This document shows, piece by piece, positions 58,084-64,000 of a DNA stretch of 64,000 nucleotides; position 1 is the first letter of the stretch; every line of letters begins with the position of its first letter. Source of the DNA: Oceanispirochaeta sp. (lineage in GTDB: Bacteria; Spirochaetota; Spirochaetia; DSM-2461); the NCBI GenBank assembly GCA_963666275.2, contig CAXXOA010000001.1:1056001-1120000 (forward strand). The letters run 5' to 3'. The translations under genes and the position numbers were made by a program. The notes below the pieces were generated by a model. The model worked only from the letters and a program-made list of their open reading frames with translations. It had not been told where the DNA came from and did not search any database.

Positions 58084-60180
58084 CTAGCCTTTGCCCGTAT
58101 GTTTTACAAGGTATTCGTATACCTCGTGCTGGGACTGATTTTTTTCTTCACCATCGGCAATTTCCTGGTAGTTGTTAACAAGGTCTCTGTCCAGGATCCG
58201 GGCCTTCCGGTTGTCCCGCCACTGGATTTCGAAAATGTCCTTGAGTTCCTGTTTCAGGCTTTTCCTGTAGACAGGACAGGTCACTTCCACCCGCCTGTCT
58301 ATGTTTCTGCCCAGCCAGTCTGCCGAAGAGATATAGCACAGAGAGTCACCGCCGTTGCGGAAAATAAAAAACCGGGCGTGTTCCAGGTACTGGTCCACGA
58401 TGCTTATGGCTTCGATATTCTCGCTGAACCCTTCGATTCCCGGCACCAGAGAGAACCGGCTCCGGCAGATAATCCTGATTTTCACACCCGCGTTGGAGGC
58501 TTCGTAGAGCTTCTGGATAACCCCTTCGTCACTGAGGTTGTTGAGTTTCAGACGTATGGACGCTCTTTCTCCCTTCCTGGCGAATTCAATTTCATTTTCG
58601 ATCAGGCTGTATATATTTTTCCTCAGGTCATAGGGGGAAATGATGAGGTTGTTTCCCCGCTTATGACGGTAGTTGTTCTCGAAAAAATCAAAGAGCGAGT
58701 CAACCTCGGCACCTATGTCCGGATTGGCAGTCATAAGGAAGCAGTCCGTATAGAGACGGGCTGTATCCTCGTTGAGATTCCCCGTGCCTATTCCCGAATA
58801 GTGGGTGGTGCTGCCTTTTTCTCTCCGGTTGATCAGGAGCAGTTTGGAATGAACCTTCAGGCCTTCCACACCGAATATGACCTTGATGCCGTTCTCCTTG
58901 AGGACATTGGCCCAGAATATATTGTTTTCCTCGTCAAAACGGGCTTTCAGTTCCAGAATGACAAGTACTTCTTTTCTGTTCTTTTTGGCATTGATCAGAG
59001 CATTCACCACGCTGGAGAAGCGGGCCACCCTGTAGAGTGTCACCTTGATGCTTTCCACATGGGGATCAATAGAGGCATCCCGCAACAGGTCGATCACAGT
59101 ATCAAAGCTGTGATAGGGAAAGTAGAGGAGTGTATCTTTGTGGCGGATTGCGGAAAAGAGACTTTTCCTTTCGGGGAAATGCCGGTGCTGAATGGGAGGA
59201 TTGTTTTTCGAGCAGTCCAGCCCCACCAGTTTGGGAAAGCGGATGAAATCGCTGAAATAGTGATAGCGTCCTCCGGGAGTCACTGTTTCATGCTCCCTGA
59301 ATTTGAGCTTTTTCATAAACATGTCAAGCAGATCTTCCGGCATGGTACTGTCGTAGAGAAACCAGATGGGAGCGCCTTCCTTTCTCTTTTTCACGCTTTC
59401 GTTGACCTTGTTCATGTAACTGAGATTCAGGTCATCATCATCGATATCCAGTTCCGCGTCCCTTACGATCTTGACGTTCCAGGCCCGGATATCCTGATAC
59501 TTGTGGTCCTTGAAAATGGTGTGCAGACCGATCCTGACAATTTCATCGATCAGTATGATGCTCTGGATTCCCTTTTCTCCGGGGAGTCTTATAAAACGGG
59601 GGATCACTTTGGTGGGAATCTCAATGATACTGTATTTCTGTTTGAGACTGTTTTTCTGTTTTTTGTACATCTCTACCGCCAGGTAGAGGGTTTTATCCTT
59701 GAGTTCAGGCAGTTTGTAGCGCATATCCACCATGATGGGGAAAATCTTGTGACGTACCTCTTTTTCAAAAAAGTCCATGACAAATGCCCTCTGGGATTCG
59801 GACAAATGCTCCTCATCCAGCAGAAAAATATCCTTTTCATTCAGTTCGTCCATGACCGCGGACATGATTGTGTTGAACCGTCTTCTCTGGTCCATGACTT
59901 CTTCCTGAATATTCTTCAGGGCTTTCAGAGGAGATTCCTTCAAGGCCAGCTCTCCGCCTTTTCCCATCTGGCAGAGCCGGCGCATCATAGCCACTCTCAC
60001 ACGGAAGAACTCATCCAGATTGGAGGAGTATATGCCCAGAAATTTGATCCTCTCTCCCAGCGGATTCCTCTTGTCTTCCGCTTCCTGCAGAACTCTGTCG
60101 TTGAATGACAGCCAGCTGATCTCCTTGTTTATGAAAGGATATTTTCTTGTGGATGCAATTTTTTTTGAATGAAAAGGCAC
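58084..60180 (-). CDS. ppk1: Polyphosphate kinase 1
   Basis: SWLSFNDRVL, SSNLDEFF, PYHSF, ELKARFDE, KVHSK, LEHAR, SSAD. Confidence 0.96.
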   Translation of the reverse strand: MPFHSKKIASTRKYPFINKEISWLSFNDRVLQEAEDKRNPLGERIKFLGIYSSNLDEFFRVRVAMMRRLCQMGKGGELALKESPLKALKNIQEEVMDQRRRFNTIMSAVMDELNEKDIFLLDEEHLSESQRAFVMDFFEKEVRHKIFPIMVDMRYKLPELKDKTLYLAVEMYKKQKNSLKQKYSIIEIPTKVIPRFIRLPGEKGIQSIILIDEIVRIGLHTIFKDHKYQDIRAWNVKIVRDAELDIDDDDLNLSYMNKVNESVKKRKEGAPIWFLYDSTMPEDLLDMFMKKLKFREHETVTPGGRYHYFSDFIRFPKLVGLDCSKNNPPIQHRHFPERKSLFSAIRHKDTLLYFPYHSFDTVIDLLRDASIDPHVESIKVTLYRVARFSSVVNALINAKKNRKEVLVILELKARFDEENNIFWANVLKENGIKVIFGVEGLKVHSKLLLINRREKGSTTHYSGIGTGNLNEDTARLYTDCFLMTANPDIGAEVDSLFDFFENNYRHKRGNNLIISPYDLRKNIYSLIENEIEFARKGERASIRLKLNNLSDEGVIQKLYEASNAGVKIRIICRSRFSLVPGIEGFSENIEAISIVDQYLEHARFFIFRNGGDSLCYISSADWLGRNIDRRVEVTCPVYRKSLKQELKDIFEIQWRDNRKARILDRDLVNNYQEIADGEEKNQSQHEVYEYLVKHTGKG

Positions 60181-60201
60181 TATAACTCCTCTGGTGTATT
60201 T

Positions 60202-61272
60202 CTATCGTATTTTCGGAATCTCTTCGCCGAAACAGGTATCTACGGCCCGGGCCTGGTTGATCAGAGGATGGTCTCCGGGAACATATTTCGTTTTACCCGC
60301 CACTTCCTCAAGGGGGACGGTCGCCAGTTTGTTGTTGTTGAAGGCTGCCATCATACCGAACTGACCTTTTGCGACCAGCTCTGCAGCATGTCCGCCCAGC
60401 TGGGTGGCGATCACCCTGTCCGCAGGGGAGGGGGAACCCCCTCTCTGGATATATCCCAGAATGGTTTCCCGTGTTTCCAGTCCCGTGAGTTCCTCAATTT
60501 TCCGGGCCACATAGGTCCCCGCCGATACGGTCCGTTTCTTGCCGTTTTTCTTGGGGGGAATTTTAATCCCTTCGGCCACAACTATGATGGAGTAGGGTTT
60601 TCCCTGGTCCGCCCGGTGCATCAGGTATTCCGAAACCACCTTCGGATCCCAGTCGATCTCTGGCAGCAGGATCACATCTCCGCCGCCGGCAACACCCGAA
60701 TAGAGAGTAAGCCAGCCTGTATGATGCCCCATGATCTCCACAACCATGATCCTTTTATGGGAGTTGGCCGTACTGTGCATGCGGTCGATGGCTTCGGTGG
60801 CTATATTCACAGCAGAATCAAAACCGAAGGTCACATCAGTTCCCCAGACATCATTGTCTATGGTTTTGGGTATTCCGATCACATTCAGACCCATGTCCTG
60901 GAGTTTTCCGGCTGTTTTCATGGTTCCGTTCCCGCCGATGCAGACCAGGCAGTCCAGCCCCATTTCCTGATAGTTTTCCACTATCATTTCAGGTTTGGTC
61001 ATCACATAGTCATCGTAATCTTCGTTTTTGAAGGGCTTTTCCCGGGAGGTCCCCAGTATGGTTCCCCCCAGAGTCAGGATTCCCGAAAGGGATTTTTCCG
61101 TCAGTTCCACATACTCTTTGTTTATCAGTCCCAGGTATCCGGAGGAAAATCCATAGACCTTCATTCCGTATTTCAGAAGAGCGGTTTTTCCCACCCCGCG
61201 GATCGCCGCATTCAGCCCCGGACAGTCTCCTCCGGCAGTGAGGATCCCTATTTTCAGTTGTTTTTCAGACAT
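60202..61272 (-). CDS. pfkA: 6-phosphofructokinase
   Basis: GGDCPGLN, GGTILG, GGNGT, PKTIDND, GYIQRGG. Confidence 0.93.
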   Translation of the reverse strand: MSEKQLKIGILTAGGDCPGLNAAIRGVGKTALLKYGMKVYGFSSGYLGLINKEYVELTEKSLSGILTLGGTILGTSREKPFKNEDYDDYVMTKPEMIVENYQEMGLDCLVCIGGNGTMKTAGKLQDMGLNVIGIPKTIDNDVWGTDVTFGFDSAVNIATEAIDRMHSTANSHKRIMVVEIMGHHTGWLTLYSGVAGGGDVILLPEIDWDPKVVSEYLMHRADQGKPYSIIVVAEGIKIPPKKNGKKRTVSAGTYVARKIEELTGLETRETILGYIQRGGSPSPADRVIATQLGGHAAELVAKGQFGMMAAFNNNKLATVPLEEVAGKTKYVPGDHPLINQARAVDTCFGEEIPKIR

Positions 61273-61367
61273 AACTCTCCCAGTGTACCCGCTTCCTGTT
61301 AAAAAACGGTTAAGAAACATATTTCCTTATATTATAGGACACCGGGAATGTTCCTGTCATGACCTTT

Positions 61368-62456
61368 TCAGTTCAGGGAGAAACTCAGCTTTTTGTGATT
61401 GGCATGTTCTTCCAGGGCGTATTCAATCAGCTTATCCAGAAGATCCGGGTAGGCCAGTCCTCCTGCTTCGCACATACGGGGAAACATGCTGATGCTTGTA
61501 AAACCGGGGATTGTGTTGATCTCGTTGAGAAAGACCTCTCCGCTTGTTTTCTCCACAAAGAAGTCAACCCGGGCCATGCCCCGGCATTCCAGAACACTGT
61601 AGGCTCTCTCCGCCAGTTTTCTGATATGGGCAGCCTGATCCTCATCCAGTTCCGCCGGGATGAGGAGCGCGGCTCCGTCGGGATCCAGATATTTGGCATC
61701 GTAATCGTAGAAATCATGGGAGGGCCGGAGTTCTCCCGGGGGAAAGGAGACAGGCGTGCTGTTGCCTATGACCGAACACTCCACTTCCCGGGCATTGACG
61801 GCTGGTTCTATGAGTATTTTATTGTCAAACCGCAGAGCTTCTTCCACGGCGTGACGGAATTTATCCCTGTTTTCCACCCGGGAGACCCCTACGGAAGATC
61901 CCGCCTGGGAGGGCTTTATAAACAGGGGGAGTCCGAAAGATTCCTCCATGGCCGATGCCAGGGTGTCCCAGGAAAATCCTGTTTTTTCGGTTTCCGGTTT
62001 TCTCAGGGTCCGGAAGGGAACCACCGGGAGGCTGTGATGCTGCCAGATAATTTTGGCAATATCCTTGTCCATACCCAGGTAGCTGCCGCCCACTGTGGCT
62101 CCCGCATAGGGCAGATCCGCCATCTCCAGGAGTCCCTGAAGGGTTCCGTCTTCTCCGAAGGTCCCATGAATGATCGGAAGTACCGCATCCACAGGAAGTT
62201 TCTCCCGGGATACGTAAAATCCATCTCCGGGTTTTACAGAGACCGAAGCGTCGGGATCCTCTGCAATGCTGAGGATCTCTCCTCCCTGTTCGGGGGAGTT
62301 CTGGAGATACCACAGGCCGGTTTTCGTAATACCTATCAGATGGATACTGTATTTATCCCTGTTCAAATGATTAAATACCGAAGCAGCCGACCGGAGGGAG
62401 ACTTCATGCTCTCCCGAACGACCACCGTAGAGCAGCGCGATGGACAATTTATTCAT
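61368..62456 (-). CDS. ddl: D-alanine--D-alanine ligase
   Basis: GGRSGEHEVS, HGTFGEDG, GSSVG, FYDYDAKY, NEINTIPGFT. Confidence 0.96.
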   Translation of the reverse strand: MNKLSIALLYGGRSGEHEVSLRSAASVFNHLNRDKYSIHLIGITKTGLWYLQNSPEQGGEILSIAEDPDASVSVKPGDGFYVSREKLPVDAVLPIIHGTFGEDGTLQGLLEMADLPYAGATVGGSYLGMDKDIAKIIWQHHSLPVVPFRTLRKPETEKTGFSWDTLASAMEESFGLPLFIKPSQAGSSVGVSRVENRDKFRHAVEEALRFDNKILIEPAVNAREVECSVIGNSTPVSFPPGELRPSHDFYDYDAKYLDPDGAALLIPAELDEDQAAHIRKLAERAYSVLECRGMARVDFFVEKTSGEVFLNEINTIPGFTSISMFPRMCEAGGLAYPDLLDKLIEYALEEHANHKKLSFSLN

Positions 62457-62560
62457 AATCCGGAGGATATCACTTTTCTCCGTACTTCTCAAGAGAACCG
62501 TATCATGCTATCCTCCAGAGAAGGGTTTATTGTCCCTCTTCAATTGTTTAGTCGACTTCT

Positions 62561-63052
62561 ATGATGGAACCGGATACTCTATCCGGATCTCCGGAGGATT
62601 TAATGAGTATAATGAATTTCAATCCCCTTGTTCTCTCAGCCCTTATGGGGATGATAGTGGCCCAGGTCGGCAAAGTAGTCCTGATCCTGGCACTGGAAAA
62701 GAGATTTGCCTGGGACAGAATGACAGAAACAGGAGGCATGCCCTCATCCCATTCTGCTGCAGTAGCCGCCCTTACAACCGCCTGCGGTCTGACCTATGGC
62801 GTGGATAGTGCCTATTTTGCGATTTCACTGGTTTTCGGATCCATTGTGGTCTACGATGCCACAGGAGTGAGAAGAGCCGCCGGTCAGCATGCGGAAATCC
62901 TCAACAGCCTTATTACGGAACTCTCCCATCTCTTCGAAGAGGGAGACAAACCGGAAGCCCTGAAAACTCTTCTGGGGCATACCTATCCCCAGGTGCTGGT
63001 GGGAACCCTCCTCGGCATTCTGATAGGATTTCTCTGTACTGGCAATCTCTAG
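62561..63052 (+). CDS. Divergent PAP2 family (DUF212) membrane protein
   Basis: GGMPSSHS, YDATGVRRAAG, LGHT. Start may be downstream. Confidence 0.9.
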   Translation: MMEPDTLSGSPEDLMSIMNFNPLVLSALMGMIVAQVGKVVLILALEKRFAWDRMTETGGMPSSHSAAVAALTTACGLTYGVDSAYFAISLVFGSIVVYDATGVRRAAGQHAEILNSLITELSHLFEEGDKPEALKTLLGHTYPQVLVGTLLGILIGFLCTGNL

Positions 63053-63066
63053 GAACGACAAGACAT

Positions 63067-63099
63067 AAAAAAAACCGGGTCATTCACCCGGTTTTTTTT
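63067..63099. terminator. Bidirectional intrinsic terminator
   Basis: aaaaaaaccgggt..acccggtttttttt between convergent genes. Confidence 0.85.
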
Positions 63100-63120
63100 A
63101 TGCCTGAGAGTCTGTTGTAC

Positions 63121-64000
63121 TCAGTTCACTTTGTATCCCATCTCAGTGAGGAGTTCTTTGAGAACTCCTTTTTCATCCCAGGGTCTGGGGCCGTCATCAT
63201 GGATGATGGAACTTTCATGGCCTTTGCCCAGGGTCAGTACCATATCGCCTTTACCGGCCATGGCCAGGGCTTTTTTCATTGCCTCTCTTCTGTCGGGAAT
63301 GAAGAAAAGGGTTTCGTCCCTGGTTTTATGGGCAATTCCTTCGGCAATGTCTTTGATGATGTCCATGGGATCTTCCCCCCGGGGATCTTCGTTGGCAAGA
63401 AAGATCACATCGGCGTACTCATCGGCAATGTCTCCCTGTTCGCTGCGCTTCTCCACATCCCGTTCTCCGGCGGAACCGAAGAGAACAATCAGTTTCCCTT
63501 CTGTATCGTTTTTAACCATGGGGAGAAGCCTTTCAAAGGCTCCGGGAGTGTGGGCATAGTCCACCATCACATTGAACGGCATATCCCCGTTTACAGGACT
63601 CATCCGGCCGTTCACGCCTACAAGTTTGTTAATATTGTCCGCCAGGTCCAGAACATCCTCTTCCAGGAGCTCTGAAACAACAAGCAGGGCCGCCATGGCA
63701 TTTTCCACATTGAAAAGTCCCGGCATATTGAGTTTTACCTCTTTTGTACCGTTGGGAACATGGAGCTGGAAGGTGATGCTGGAGTGATCTGTGGCATAAT
63801 CGCTTCCCCACAGATCGGTGTTCTCGTTTTTCAGGCTGTAGAGGAACACAGGTTTCTCTCCGATGGCGTCCATGTAGATCTCACTCCACTGGGTATCATC
63901 GTTGATAACGCCGAAAGCATCCTCTTCGGGCGAGGCGGAAACCATTTTAAACAGATTCGCCTTGTCCAGTCTGTACTGTTCAATGGTTCCGTGAAACTCA
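63121..64000 (-). CDS. murE: UDP-N-acetylmuramyl-tripeptide synthetase (5' part outside the window)
   Basis: FNVENA, VDYAHTP, GSAGERD, EDPRGED, GKGHE. Confidence 0.92.
   Translation of the reverse strand, partial: EFHGTIEQYRLDKANLFKMVSASPEEDAFGVINDDTQWSEIYMDAIGEKPVFLYSLKNENTDLWGSDYATDHSSITFQLHVPNGTKEVKLNMPGLFNVENAMAALLVVSELLEEDVLDLADNINKLVGVNGRMSPVNGDMPFNVMVDYAHTPGAFERLLPMVKNDTEGKLIVLFGSAGERDVEKRSEQGDIADEYADVIFLANEDPRGEDPMDIIKDIAEGIAHKTRDETLFFIPDRREAMKKALAMAGKGDMVLTLGKGHESSIIHDDGPRPWDEKGVLKELLTEMGYKVN

Noticed and set aside
58030..60108. 692-aa + strand ORF
   Set aside because: Antisense shadow of ppk1. The same applies to long antisense ORFs over the MTase, acyl-CoA synthetase, MCP, opp, pfkA and ddl genes.

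Overview
Bacterial chromosomal window, most likely from an anaerobic free-living spirochaete (inferred from a P13-like membrane protein, an EDPR-type MurE, [FeFe]-hydrogenase maturases and gene style). Bases 1-8710 are the start of a chromosomal integron: intI (+), attI and a candidate Pc, and three AT-rich cassettes on the minus strand (a HEPN-motif protein, a peptide deformylase, and a secreted protein cut off by the window edge). Both visible attC sites are split by near-identical copies of a class IIC group II intron, inserted antisense at the same G/TT position of the R'' box. The second copy carries an in-frame 42-bp hairpin insert in its reverse transcriptase. The rest is mostly housekeeping: peptide ABC transporter, sensor kinases, ugd, MCP, an adenine methyltransferase coupled to an unknown ORF and followed by a 69-bp hairpin repeat, hsp20 with a sigma54 promoter, proA, rnmV, mazEF-like pair, a frameshifted diguanylate cyclase, hydE-aspA-like-hydF, nfeD-nfeD-floA, ppk1, pfkA, ddl and partial murE. 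All calls come from reading motifs by eye; no database searches were run.
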